DNA of 64,000 bases from Iphione sp. A-MEVVRFRX5 (GCA_976226885.1 OZ320320.1:37138001-37202000), one strand, 5' to 3'; shown: positions 39,253 through 52,952, counted from the stretch's first letter. Notes: generated by a model from the letters alone, not told the origin. A program made the numbers and translations.

Positions 39253-42200
39253 TGTTTCCTTATGGGTACTCTTTCCCTAGTTCATTCCTCTTCTCTTTCT
39301 CTACGTGGCTGTGATTTTCTTTGAATACCAGGCTATACACCTTTCTAATTTTATGATTCCTTCGCCTAGATTCCCACAATATGGACAGAGTTCGGAACCT
39401 TAAAGGTAAAAAAATATGGGTTAATAAGAGTGAAGAAAAGGCTTTGCCTTCGGTCACCACACAACGAGCGGGTGACGTCCGTTACCACGATGCAGGGGCA
39501 CGGACGTGGACTTGTGCTGAGCAATGTGAGCAGATGTAGCCTGCAGAGGGGGTAAAGTTCGTGGGGGGAAAGAGGATGAGGATTTGAAAGGGCGACGGCG
39601 AGCAGGTACGTGAGGTGGGAAAAGACGATATCCGAAAGGAAAATAGGGAAGGATTAGGAACGTTAATAAGCTTAGGAGGCAGACGATCGTGGGAGCAGAT
39701 GTGCCAGAGCCATAAGGCGAAACCTCAAATACGACTGCCCTTTGCAAGGGAACATGGACGAACAGATCATGACAACATATCGACCTCACACACGAATGTA
39801 CATATATATATATATGTTTACATAGACATCGTGCAGCTGTCTCTGAGAATCACATAAATCACGATGCAAAACGATGGGTGAAGTACAGGTGTATGTAATT
39901 TGAACCCCTTATCTGAGAACCGGATGGTAGAACGATAACCTTCCTGGTTAGCTGATTGCTTCCATGCCTGTACGTTTCTGACTTTGTTGCAGAGCTATTT
40001 GAGTGTCAATTGAGACCCGGGCATGGGAATACACAGAGCGACTGGGCAAGCAAAGGTAAAATATAGACGTCCACCACCTGAATGAAAGCATACACATTAC
40101 AGTATGTAATCCTGATGCAGTACACATATTGACTGGCGCCACGATGGTTACAGTTCTATTGACACGTTTGTATGATGCCTAACACATATCATGAGATGCA
40201 TAGAAATGAACCGCACCATTTTTCTTAAAAGAAGGGAACGGTGCAACAGTCACGCACGTACATGCATATTGCCTTCGCCATTTCCCCTTTTCTCACGTCT
40301 TAATAAGCAGCACCTGTTGCACACTTTCTTTGTCAATATCCGGGTCGTTTTCTAAACTAAGAGCATACGAAAAGACTCTTTTTCTTAATAGATCCCACAG
40401 ATGACTGCTTATGAGCTGCGTTAGGTTATACTAGAGAACCTTCCTCTGCATTAGCACCGTACTGATATAATTGGCTTTTCACCATCCATGTGCGAGATGT
40501 ATTAAAACAAAGAAAGACTGCATCGCACTTTGCTAAACCATTCACATACATGTATATTTATGCATTCCTGCCCCAGCAACAGCAGATAGAGCAGGAATGT
40601 CAAAGCCTACTGATTTTTGATTGTCTTATACATACTAATACAAACCTAAGTAAACTCCCGACCACCCTCGATCACAACAACCTTGTAATATGTGTCTTTA
40701 AGAGTTAGTCCCTGGCTTTCATAACCTTGACCTTAGAGCAAATTATGTGTACAAACTGTGATACCTTTGCATTAGCATTGTTCATATATATATACATATA
40801 TATGTATTGGGATTAGTCAACTCACACGGAATTAGAGGGGCATTTAATAGGCTCAAAATTCAACTAGCTCCATCCTAATGGATGGAACGGTTGATGCGAC
40901 CCACCCTGCTAATGTAGGCCGTAACACAGAAGTCGGTGAAACAGGAGCGAATGAGGGGAGGGAAGTGGGAACTAACAGGATGTCTCGCCGACGTAAAATC
41001 TCTACTTTTCACACTTGTAATTGATTTTATTACATCATTCCATTTCAGTTGGGCTGGCAAGAAAAATTGCCTCTCATGATAATGCATTTAAGTTCAGTCT
41101 GGAACAGGGAATTCGACCGGCGCTGCCAAGATAAGGACATGATGCAACGCTGTGACTGATAGAATAGCTGCTTATAAATTGCTCGAGTGTCTTATCATTT
41201 CGCCTCTTTTTGGTCAGTCTGCTATTCAACACTCGGCTTTTGCCCTTTCAGCTCGCTTCCAATGCGTCGCAGCGTGACCTTCTCCCTTGGTCCTCCCCGA
41301 CATAACATTCTGGCTCTGGATCAATTTTGCCCAGGTTACAGACTTCCTCCACCATTCGTCTCCGGTGATACGACCGGGGGGGGGGGGGTTATCTCTCGGT
41401 CAGTCAGTAGTTTTGCTCAGAAATGTTACCTCGGCTGACAAATCAGACAGTGGTAATTTAAAAGCCGGGGGATAAAGTTTAATATTGCCTGTTGCCATAT
41501 TCCAGCATAAGTGTTAGGGAGGATGTGATTATGTAAGAGAGACATAAGGTTAACGTGAATTTTGGAGAAGAGAATGCAAAGGGAGGCGTCTAGTTAATAC
41601 TCTTGGTGAGCGGGGACCAGTCTGAAAAGGTTCAGATCGAAAGTAGTCAGTCATTTTATATACTGTTGCATTGACAAACGCATGTGTGGAGGCCTGATGT
41701 ATGCGGAGTTGATGATGGTGACTGTTCAAAAGCTGACGAATCTTTGCGTCTTGGTATTATAAGGGTAAAAATGTTCGCTTAAAGCTCTCATAGTTTTCTG
41801 CCAGAGGGAATTTAACTCGTATACATGCCATGACAGGAGCTACTGTCCTCGTTGTGGGACATTTATTCTTAACACTCCTAGCTGGTAAGGCAATTATTGC
41901 TGTACAGCGGTACTCGTGTTTTCGTGTAGCGCCATTTTTTTTTTTTGGGGGGGGGGGGAAGCAGAATATTTAACGCTAGTGGCTGGATTTCTCTTCAAAG
42001 CGATTCCGATTATGATGTTTTAGATGGTCGTACATGAATATATATGATATGAGGGTACTATATCCATATGCAGGAATTCATTAGTCATTCTGGTGTCATT
42101 ACAGACCATTCTGGAATTTGCAGCCGCCATCTCTCAGACTCATATTGACGTTCGCTCTAGATACAGAATACAAATGATCTACCAAAGTAAAAAAAAAGAT

Positions 42201-45200
42201 CACAAGACCTGAATTCGAAAACTGACACAAAAACCAATGTCAGTAGTCTCAGTGTGTGCGGGGTGTGGGTGAGTTGGTGTCAGTGAGAACTGAACGTATG
42301 TCGTGGGAGTATCGTGAGTCTGATACGGACTGGCTTGGTTTGATGTTGGTCGTCTCAGTATAGGGCTTTGTCCGGAGAAAGAGCGGTAGGAGGGAGGGAG
42401 GGTCGGAGGGCGACGGCCAGGCGGTAGAGGGTCCTAAGGCGGCTGGCCGCCAGAGCCTTGTTGGCATCTCCTGTGACCATCACCAGTGAGAAGATATTGA
42501 CCGCAGCCAGTGGCGGCTGATTTGGTTTCTGATCAGGTTGGGATCCCCTTGTTGGTGCCGAGGCGGGCAGGACCAAAAGAGGTAGCATTGATCCGTAAGA
42601 TCTCCTGTCGTCCGGCCCTCTATTCAGCCACCTTGTACACTCGTACCGGCCTCCCGCCGGCGCCTTCTACACACCATTAACGTCACACGGCATGAAAGAC
42701 ATCACACAAAGGTACATTTATTCTACTTTATTATATAAAGTAGATGAGAAAGCCCGTGGATCAGTCTAAGGACGAGCACAGTTCAAGCAGGGCAATAGCC
42801 CTGATATGTACATGTATATCCTTTAGAAGGGTTGCGCAGAGGGATTTCGGCAGTCTGTATAGAGGACGTGTCCTTTGGGAACTGCTACTAACTCTATAAG
42901 ATATAATCTATTGACTGTTATCGAAAGTAAATTGCTCTCCAAATACCACACTCTCCATAAATACTCCCTTAAGACGTTCACCATTTGAACAATGACCATA
43001 ATCAGACTTTATAGTTAACGCTCAATTCCTATATATGTATGTTGGGGCAACTGAAGGAGAAATAGGTTTGGGCTACCATTCCAGCTTGAGCCTGGCAATC
43101 AATAATAGGAATCGACGGATCGGAGCGGATCTCGGAAAAGCCTCTGGTCTTATCAGGCCCCCATGGAGTGGTAGTGGTGGAAACGGTGAGTAGCTCGTCT
43201 GGTCCCTGCGAGTGCTCCAAGACGGCCGGTCAGCCAGAGCTGATAGCAGGCGTTGCTGCTGGTGGAGGGAGGTTGGAAGTCTCTTGAGAAGCGACTGTAA
43301 TATAGGTCTTTCTGACCACAAGGTGATTGAGTGTGCGTGCATTACTCTGCCAGCGAGTCTGGGACAATGTGTCTTTATTTGTGCCTGTCTCTTTGGGTTC
43401 ACATCTGCATTCCGCTTCCCAAGTATGTGTATGTATTATGCATGGGGCTCAGTAGGACGCCTTTTTATTTGGCTCTGCCTCTGCTTAAACAGAATCGTAT
43501 GTGTGCCCATCCGCATGTCGAATAAATCTACGATAAGCAAACATTCAAGCTATAAACTACACATTCCCTGAAGAGATCATGCCTCAGTTTGTAGGGAATT
43601 TTCGAAGATATTGACAGACATCCAACAATAATGTACGTATAGCATGTATTTATCCTGTGTCCAAACACGTTCCCAAACTTAGTACCCCCATTTTTCACCG
43701 ATCATCTTAAGTATATTTCCCGTCGACTATAAATGCTTGCTTCGTTATCACCAATTAATAACTTGTGTCATCTGCGTTTTGCCATGTAACCCTCTAGCCT
43801 TCATGTATCACACTTTCAATCCGTCTCTCAACCCCTGGCGTATATCAAAGGAAGTCCGTTGTGATCCATCCTCACTCATGGTTCGACACGAACCATCATC
43901 CCCCATCTTCGTTTCTTCTCAACCTTGATTTGGTCTTCTCATCTGCTAAGGCCGGGATAAATCAGTTTTGTCTCTTGTAGTCAACAATGCATTCGGTCTT
44001 CTAATTACATCGAAGCGCCAAAACCACTTTGTGCCTTCTGCTAAATATTTACCCATCTCTCATCTCTGTGTGAGACACCCTAACCTCTTCCCAATAGTCC
44101 TTCATCCAGGTCACCATCCAGAGGCACCGTCCAGAGGAAATCCTTGTTTCCCCTAGTGTCACGACTCCCTCTCGCGTGTTTATTCCTACACCAGACGAGT
44201 CGGCTCCTATTTACGTTCAACGTTTTTATCTATCTTGGAGGTCCGCGGGCTGATAACGGATGCTGCTAATACTGTAACCAACCTAGATTTGCATGTCTTT
44301 GTTTGTTTTCACCGTAAACTTTGGTTGAATGGAAGTCCGGGAGCAAGTAGCACGTGGATTAAATGTTGTTTACTGAACAGTCATCAATATTTGTTTATGT
44401 TGACTGCAGCATCAATGATCAAAACAGAACATCTAAAATGTACACGTATAACTTTTAAATGAAAACCATCTGTTTCATTGCTTCCATGTTTACCTAGGAT
44501 TTTGTGTCTCATCTTGCTAGCAGTCCTAACATCAATACACATATAAGACCAAACAATTGGATAGAAATGTGAAATATATTTAAAAAATGTTGTAAATTCC
44601 TTTCCTTGATCTAAGCCCAGTCCTAAAACTACGTATATTTCCCCCAGCGATGTTTTGTGACAAGCGTTGCAGGGACGATGACATAACGCGACTTGCGCTT
44701 AGATTTTTTCCTTTGTTTACTTTCTCGTCTTTTCTATCACAAGTTTTAATAGATGAACACGGAAATGAATAATATTAAGCAGTTGTTGGGTAAATATATT
44801 TACTTGATGTAGGAAACCAGACCAAATATAGAAGTTACAAAAACCTTTCGGCCTAGTTTCCATATATGCGCATTGTTTGTGCATTTGGGTGGATTCTGAT
44901 AGAACAGATTGAAACCATTGGGAAGTCTTCATACATGCATTGCCAGGCACGTGCGTTCAGGTGTGGTTAGATGCCTTGTCTCAATTTTGGTACATACCTG
45001 ATAGTTTTACAAAAACTGACTCCAACAGAAAAGTAGGATAGAGCATGCATCCGTTGTTGCAGGCAAGAATTTCTATAACAAATGTTTTGGTTTTCGGCTA
45101 TTTTAGGTCGATTTCGATGGTTTGAAGCCATTTCTATGTCAAATTCACTGGTTTAAGGATGTTTTTCATCAGGTCCATAAGTTTTAGGCCATTTTTCATT

Positions 45201-46423
45201 CTACATTATCAGACGTGTTCACACACACCTCTGCAATGCTATGCGATGTTAAGTGATACACGCCAAGGCAGGTCCCAAGGCCACCCCTGTGCATGAGGCT
45301 CTGGATAATTATTCGTGCATGGTAACACACCCACATTCCTCCTGCATGTGCCCAAAGACAATCACAGATATGGAAAAGGAGAGATTATGAAAAGGAGAGA
45401 CTCCGATAGAATGGTTTGCTTATGGATCAGACCACCTATTGTGTTTACTTCATCTTTATTTGTCCACACCTACATTATTATGACGTGATCGTCACTCAAA
45501 CATTAAGTGGCGTGTGATGAAGAAAGAGGAGCAGGTCCTGATGTATACCTAGTGCGAAATGTGCTGCCATTATATTAAATGTTCTATACTTTTCTTGCTT
45601 AGGTGCGTGTGGACATTGCATATGTGAATTAAGTGAACGGAACAATACGTAACGGGTAGGGTAAATCCACTTTTAAATTACAATTTATTTAGGAAAATAT
45701 AAATACATGGTATTTATTAGCCTTACTCTTTGATAATTGATCTCTTATGAAAAGAAAATGCACTATAGGGTGATGTATATAGCAGTTCTTATACATTTTT
45801 GCCCATGCTAGTCGCACAACCATACATATCAAAAGCTTTATGTGCTCACATGTTTCTGTGGTGTCTGTATTTGTTTAGATGCATATATATCTGAATAATT
45901 TTTCATAGTAGCTCATGTCAGTGTTCAGTCAAGGGAAAGTACATGTCGTCCTGCATTATTTGTTTGAGAGCATTTCTTATTCCATAGAGCCTGTTACAAC
46001 AGAACGTATGACAGATCAAGATTGATTAGCTCTCAGGAGAACATTGGCATATGGAAGGCCGCCCATGCGCTTTCCCTTTAAAGGGGACCCTTTCTTCTCT
46101 GGGTGAAGATTTGCGCGCGGAAATGATATAGTCTCTTATCAAGACCATCCATCTTGCTTAATACCACAGAGAAAACACGACCAATTCATCAGCAAACAAA
46201 GAAGGGTGCCATGGATTCGTGGAGGGACCATCTAATTTCTCTCTAGAGTGTTTTCGAAGTTCGTTGTGTGGCATAAAGAACGTGAATGACAAAGTACAAT
46301 TGAAATAATCTCATATTGATCTTAGCTGTAGTTTCTGACCATAAGAAACATGATGCTTCAGCATCTACTACATAACGGATCTTCAGATTGCCCTGGGGCA
46401 TGAATGACCATGTGTTGTGCCTG

Positions 46424-46600
46424 AGAGGAGGAGGTCTCTCATTCCGGTACTACGAATTTTACACTAATAACATCCATTGGCATGGACCCGTCCAAGCGAG
46501 GAATTTGATGACTTTTCATATTGACATCGACACACCTGCTTTGCATCAGCTATCAGGACACGCTTACACTTTTGGGTCATATACTTTAACGTGTCTGATA
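46424..46600 (+). pseudogene. Highly decayed L2/CR1-type AP-endonuclease fragment
   Basis: RGGGL (46424), DDF-HID (46507; cf. GDFNIHxD) and GHIL (46575; cf. GHTLD) occur in the expected order, with frameshifts. Confidence 0.3.
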
Positions 46601-47251
46601 CAAGGATCTTGTCCTCATGGTTTGTGTCAGGACACACTGTAACCTCAGGTATCTCCTTTCGCTGGAGGAAACAGTCTAATGAATAAAAATATATATGTTG
46701 CAGATGGGTTTGTTACAGGTAACTAGGTGACAATAACCTACATGTCTTACTCCACACATGTGCAGGTTGGTGTCTAATCAACACGTCTCAGTGGGTAGCA
46801 GGCAGCCACCTTCTTGTCAGGAAATTGCATTCTTGTGCACACATGTAATGGTCTGTCGCTTCGGCTGAACAACTGTCATGTTTACAGCCTACCCGGCTAC
46901 AGCAACAAATAATCCCTGACTTACTGGCCCAGTGGTGTTTTCTCTCTAGGAGAGAGTATGATTAATTTTGGTCGGCCTCTCTAGTGTTGCGTGCCTGGCA
47001 GGCCCGACACGGCGGTAGTGAGTCCATGACTGACACCCGCCTTCCTCGTTCGTATTACCCCCGCCTTGGTCACATGTATAGATGCTGGCTCCTTTCAACA
47101 CAGCCACCCCGTCTCTCGGCTACCGGCCTCACTATCACAGGAAACCGTCCATCCTGCTCTGGGCCCGGAAGACCCAACTGCTTCCGGTCGGGGTCCTGGT
47201 GGTATAATTTAGACGCTGCCGGCGTGGTGACGCTACAAGAACGAACGTGCT

Positions 47252-47252
<1 letters not shown>

Positions 47253-47294
<42 letters not shown>

Positions 47295-47323
47295 AGAGAG
47301 AGGAAGAGGGAGAGAGAGACAGA
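47253..47323 (+). repeat. (GA)n microsatellite, partly degenerate
   Basis: Direct reading. Confidence 0.97.
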
Positions 47324-50183
47324 GATACAGCCTTGGTGGTATAAAGATAAAGCCGTATGCTAGCTAGGGGGTGGGACGAAGGTTAAAAAACATCTACCTG
47401 TACAGGCTATTAACGGAATGGGAAAGAACCAAAACAAATACGGTTATGGTTAGCATGAATGTATAGATTTTGATAGTATTAAAGCGATTGTTTTGGCTCC
47501 ATGGAAGCTGTAGTGTGCCAATTTTAACTAATCCTCGGTAGGCGTTTTATTGGTTTACAGTAAGCACAAAAGATATCCTGTTCGTGTGTGTTCAAACGTC
47601 TCCCAATGGTATGTGCAGCCTACACGAATCAATCGATATGTTAATTCTCCAAGAAAATTACTGTACAGGAAATAGCTACTGCCTATCTAGTTTTCCCCGC
47701 ATTTGGCCACGATGGTGTTGCTTTGCAATCGAGTCAGTCCAGAGTAAATTAATGCATTGTGGCGTGATGCTGGGCCAGTCTACGATGGCGTCCCATTGCC
47801 TGGTCCTCCCCCCGGCTTACTTCTGATTGCCACGCCGACCCAATGGCCTACTAAGGTATCTCCCAAACGTGCCCTGCCCCACACAAACAGCGTATGAAAT
47901 GGGGAGGGCAGCGATTGATCAGTGGGAGCGGCTCAGTAATTGTGACGAATTGCTCACGAGCTTGTGGCGCCCTCCACCGACCCACTTCCACTGTTTCCCG
48001 AGTCCAATTTGCAGGCTCCAGATATTGACCTTGGCGACCTTTCGATTGGCTGCTCTCTGGCCATCCTATTATGAGCTGGCTATTCATTTGCCATATTGTT
48101 GTCTTCATTGTAGGTTTCTTGCTCAAATAAATTGGGGGGTCTCCTCTCCCACCGAGTTATTAAGTTATAAATGAGGCAATTTGTGTGCCTGAGGATGAGG
48201 AAGGAGCGGATGGGGGAAAGACGTGAAATAATCTGATAAATTTACTATTTAACAGAGACACAAGAACAGGATCGAGAGACGTCTGAATACAGGTACATAT
48301 ATTTAGATCGACAGTTCTCTATACCGTTGTGGTATTCCTGACCTTAACCTGACCTGTGCATATGTCTGGTGTAACCCTGTCAAAAGGATGTCTGATCAGT
48401 ATTATGTGTTTATTTCGATGAAGCTAGGAGCCTAGTACGTTTGGGATGGACTTAAGTATTTGAAAATAATGATAAGCCTACGTGAAAGTAGCTAACACAG
48501 TTTGTTTGAGCAAAATCTATTCGGATAAACATTTGTAACAAGAGGAAGGATAGATACTGTTTTCCTGGATACAAAACAAAATTAATTCCACCCCAGGAGC
48601 TTTAATAAGGAGCGGTTCGTTTACATGTACATGAATAAAGATATTATTTTGGTAAACGTAGCAGTGGAAGGATATATACTAGCTTCTCACTCACGCGCCA
48701 TTCACGGCCCATTCAGCAGTCTACTGAGCCAGCGTGAAACGTGGTGCCAACTGTATCGGGCATCCTGACTAATAATCTCTTCTCTACTCTGGTCACTGGT
48801 CTACATCCATACATGCTAACTATTCTATTGTCCTGTTCTAAACGACGACCTCTGTGATCACGTCCCTGATCCAATTTGGCCTTTACGATCAAATTTGGCA
48901 GAAGGCTAACACGTTCACTGCTCTATTTCCAACGGGAGCCATAGCTGTTTATCGGTATATAGAACTGCACATGAGCGTTACAATAGAGCAGGAGCCATCA
49001 CTTTAAACTGTAGTCCCTCTCTTAATGACAGCATGACTATACTCAAATAGCAACAGATTTGCATACTCGGAAAGTACTCTAAGTCGAAGATCGAAACAGT
49101 TCACATACCGAGAGCACTTGTAAACCACAAAGATACTCCACTAGTAACAATATATATGGACATTTATACATGCAAATATTAAGATTGTCAATTGCGGAGC
49201 CTTAACGACACGGCATTGTGTGCACGGCCCCTCCAGTTATTACTCGGGCCCAGCTCGGGTGGCAGTGATCCGAATGGATCGCACTGTGGCTGACCCAGCC
49301 CTAATAAATGTGCTCTGTGAACTCGCAGGCAGTACATCGCAGGGAAGAGATCAGTTCTGGCATCTGATGGCAGCTTGAATGATCTAGTCGCTATTAAATA
49401 GGAAACCCCGATCAACTGAGAGAGGCAGAGCTCTCCTCTGGACCGCAGTTTGGCTGATGCTGCTGTTGCCTGTAGGTCCAATCTATTCGGATGGCCTGCT
49501 TGTCGTTAATACGGAGTCGTATGAAAACTGCTCCGGCTAAGTGATGGCTTCTGGCCCGCGTGTCTTCTTTTATGGGCATTACTCAATGTCATCACATCAT
49601 GCAAAGCCCATTGCATTAATGCTAGCTGTGCTCTACATAGTATTGTTGCACGCGTCTTAAGAGTAATAACAGGGCTGTCATGTAAGACTGACCTGCTTTA
49701 TTATTGATGATGTGTAATACACATCTTCTAATGAGGGCCTGCCCAATATGGTCACAACAGCTGGGTATTTATACATGGATATTCAATCCTACATTTCAGG
49801 CCGCATACCTTGAATAACCTTCACGTGGACTCCATCATCATATGCCCAGTCCGATTTCCCCTTTGATAGAGTAGAATGCCGCAATACTTACGACCTTTGA
49901 TCCTAAATGAAACCGTCCTGTTTTCTGGTCATGTCAGTGTTGAAATCTTAGCTTTTCTCAAAAGGTTTCCCTCTGTAAACGCACACACTGTTATGAATTA
50001 TGGCCATGTCCACATTATAGTCTGTCCGTAATATTGGATTGGTCTATGTATTATACATACATATACGTGCAGTTGCCTAACAGCGGGCGTGCCAATGACT
50101 AATTTGGAATTCAGTTGTCTTCTCAACAACTAGGATATTTTGAGACATGGCTGTGTGAGACAGGCGTGTAAATTCGTGTGAGG

Positions 50184-50187
<4 letters not shown>

Positions 50188-50225
<38 letters not shown>
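50188..50225 (+). repeat. (GA)19 microsatellite
   Basis: Direct reading. Confidence 0.98.
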
Positions 50226-50228
<3 letters not shown>

Positions 50229-51946
50229 CTAGATCTTTGCCAAAGAAGACGGTGTATACAGACGATCTTCACCTACTACTAAACTGCTCGTATAACCATT
50301 GGTAAATCTCTCTGTCCCTCAGGCAAAGGTAACGTGCATAATTTTCTTTGCATGACCTGTATAAGACGGTTGCTATACTTTCTGACGGCTATTTCAAGTT
50401 ATCTTACGTTAGAATTGCGATTAAGACAGAGAATTCTGGATATCTGTTATAGCCGAAATTGGTTACTCTACGTCCATAAGCATGGTTTGGTGTCGGATAG
50501 GTTAAGTTAGATGCGTCACGTGATGAATATGCATATGGTCATAACGAATATATCATGGCTTTCCTTGACGTATTATGGTCCTTTTGTCAAAGAATGAAAC
50601 GTTTGTGTGACCGTATATTAAGACCACCGATGGGAACAGACAATTTTGCCCGTTTCTGTGAGTTGCCCCGCTACCTGCATCAGTTATACGTTATAGAAAT
50701 AAATATTTTGGACCATCCAAATATAATGCTGAGTAGCTCTCCTAATTGAGTTGCCTATAAGATTAGTTACTACCGACTGTATAGAAGAAATCTAAAATGA
50801 AGGTCAATCCAGAGATACCTTTAAAGATTAGGTTTTACCAATGAGAACAAAGCTAGTTCACTTTGACAACATACGGAAGAAGCATAGGGATTACATTACA
50901 ATTTTCGTTTTTAGAGACACTCGATCGCTAATCCTAAAATCAACAGGGGGAGTAGACCGATAAAGTGTTAATAGTAGTTTCATCCTTCATGTTATCGAGG
51001 GAAGGGGCGATGCTGATTTTGCCACTGATCCAGCTGTTTATCCCCTAATCTACGGTGAAACTAAAACATTCAAAACTACAATCGACTCCTTTGTACCAAA
51101 AAAGAACTTGAATGTTGATAAAAATAACAGTAAGAATGGATGTCACTTTGTAATACTGGTCAAATTTCAATTCGAGATGATGTACGCTACTAGGGTAAAA
51201 TTTATGTTACGAAATGAAAGCTTGTCTCAGTTTGTTAGCATAGCTTGCTTTTGGTTGCATTCTTTGTTTCTATATTTACATTGAATAATCTGGAAACACA
51301 CACTCCAGAAAAAGAGTGAGTAAATAGTAGCAAGCGCGTCGAGGCAAATGATTTAAAGCAAATTAATTAGAAGGCTGATTTTTAACTTGCCCAAGTAAGA
51401 AACTTTCGGCCGCCCTAGGGTAGGAGACCTCGGGCGACTCATAATAGAAGCAATGCCTCGGAGCTGCTCGGCTGGAGGGTAGCCGAAGTATTGACAGTCG
51501 TATCGATTCCCCTTTTTATGCAGAGGCAACTTTTGCGAGGAAAGAGCATATACATACAGCCTGCTGTCGCCACCGACGGAGGCAGAAAGGCCGGGTGGGT
51601 GGGTGAGTGGGTAGGTTGGTTTGGCTATGGGAGACGGGGGGGGGGGCTTCGGGCTATGGGGGCGAGAGAATGCCGCAATGTGAGACCGATTGATTTCTAT
51701 TGGATTTGCACACGCTCTCCCACTTCCCTCACCCAGCCTGGATGCTGGCTGGAGACAAGTCAGTAATGAGGTCTTCTTTGCTGCTAAATCGAATCAGTAT
51801 GATTCGGCTCTCCGCGGAAAACCGACGTTAAACAGGCTCCATCACGACTAATCAGTCTCCACGTCTTATTACTGTGGGGAATGCGTGTTGGTAGGTAGGT
51901 AGTAGGCTGGGGTTGGGTACCGGCTGCTGTTTGGAATATCGGTCGT

Positions 51947-52341
51947 GAATGTGGAGTGCATGCCAGAGGGCATAGTAGTGATCAAAAGATGACGGCGGAA
52001 AATAGTGACTGTCCTGTCAGATGCACATGGGGAAATGGATAAAGTTCATAACAATAGTGGACAGGTTTGTAATCTCAGGCTAGTGGAGTGATTGAGGCAA
52101 ATCAGGGTACTGATGAAAAGATAACCATGCAAAGTAGTGACTGCACTGTCAGATGCAGTAGGGAGAATGATTAGCGTTCATATCAAGAGTGGCCATAATT
52201 TCTATGAATTCCTGCCAGCCTTAGGGAGTGATGGAGTGCATTAGACCAGTCATGGTAGCGATGGAAAAATAACCATAGAAAGCAGCGATTTTACTATCCG
52301 TCACGCTAGGGAAATGACTACGTTTTTTAAAGACAGTGGCC
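51947..52341 (+). repeat. Three-copy diverged tandem repeat (periods 132 and 148 bp)
   Basis: Core copies start at 51976, 52108 and 52256. Copy 1 vs 2 is 65/87 identical ungapped; copy 2 vs 3 is 39/57 over the first part. Shared anchors are GGAGTG, GAT..AAA, ATAACCAT, TAGGGA and AGTGG. Confidence 0.85.
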
Positions 52342-52677
52342 TCGATTTGCGTGTGAATTCTAAGTAGTCTAAGAGAACGCATGAGACAGGTTATAATGAT
52401 AAAAGATGAAAAGAATTTGTCGGAGACATATTTAGGATCACCAGTCAATACCTGGTGTTTACACAATGATAACGGAATGGAGAACAGTTCCTTGCTGGTA
52501 TATAGCATAGTGGTAGTAGTGGTGGTATCCACAGACCTTTCTTACATTCTATAGTACATTGCATCTTCACAATAGGTAATATTATTACCATATCAAGCAG
52601 TTAATACCTTGGCAACATTGCTAGTGTCTTTCCAGGTAGAAGTTGTAGGGAAAATACAGTAACAGTAGAAATCCTCT

Positions 52678-52718
52678 GGTGGTGTGGTGTGGTGTTTGAT
52701 GTGGTGTGGTGTTTGAAA
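52678..52718 (+). repeat. (GGTGT)n-based short repeat with duplicated GTGGTGTGGTGTTTGA
   Basis: Direct reading. Confidence 0.8.
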
Positions 52719-52853
52719 AACACAGGGCCCTAAGACTGTTAGTGTTGTAGAACAGTGTGGTGAGGGCATTGCTTTGCATGACATTTTCTTCCACCTGCAA
52801 CCAACATCTAACTCACAAGGGTGAAAAAAGAGACAAAATGTGTAAGTCCTCCC

Positions 52854-52952
52854 CTGATGCCTTCAACATGCCTTTGGCCAAGACTTTTACAGTGCCTCCT
52901 CACAACACATCATGATAACTGCGCACATTGTGGCCCCAGACTAGAGCTGTGA
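52854..52952 (+). ncRNA. Decayed HDV-like (delta-like) self-cleaving ribozyme at the 5' end of the RTE element
   Basis: Strand order matches HDV: P1a CTGATGC 52854-60; J1/2 26 nt; P2a TTACAGT 52887-93; P3a GCC; L3 TCCTCAC 52897-903; P3b AAC; P1b ACATCAT 52907-13; GA (P1.1); P4 hairpin about 52918-39; CTAGA; P2b GCTGTGA 52946-52. P2 pairs 7/7 (2 GU), P1 5/7, P3 1/3. HDV-like ribozymes in RTE 5' UTRs are established knowledge. Confidence 0.5.

Noticed and set aside
46073-46086. CCCTTTAAAGGG palindrome as abutting Kolobok ends
   Set aside because: No matching partner termini were found in the window.
16846-47187. Isolated hairpins (16852-72 9 bp; 18068-97, 28815-31, 40869-86, 47165-87 7 bp)
   Set aside because: About 30 perfect 7-bp and about 2 perfect 9-bp stems with short loops are expected by chance in 64 kb, and there is no supporting context.
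47851-48126. LIIGWPES..WTRETVE peptide as Gypsy pol or RTE C-terminus
   Set aside because: It fits both families equally weakly, and the neighbouring expected motifs are missing.
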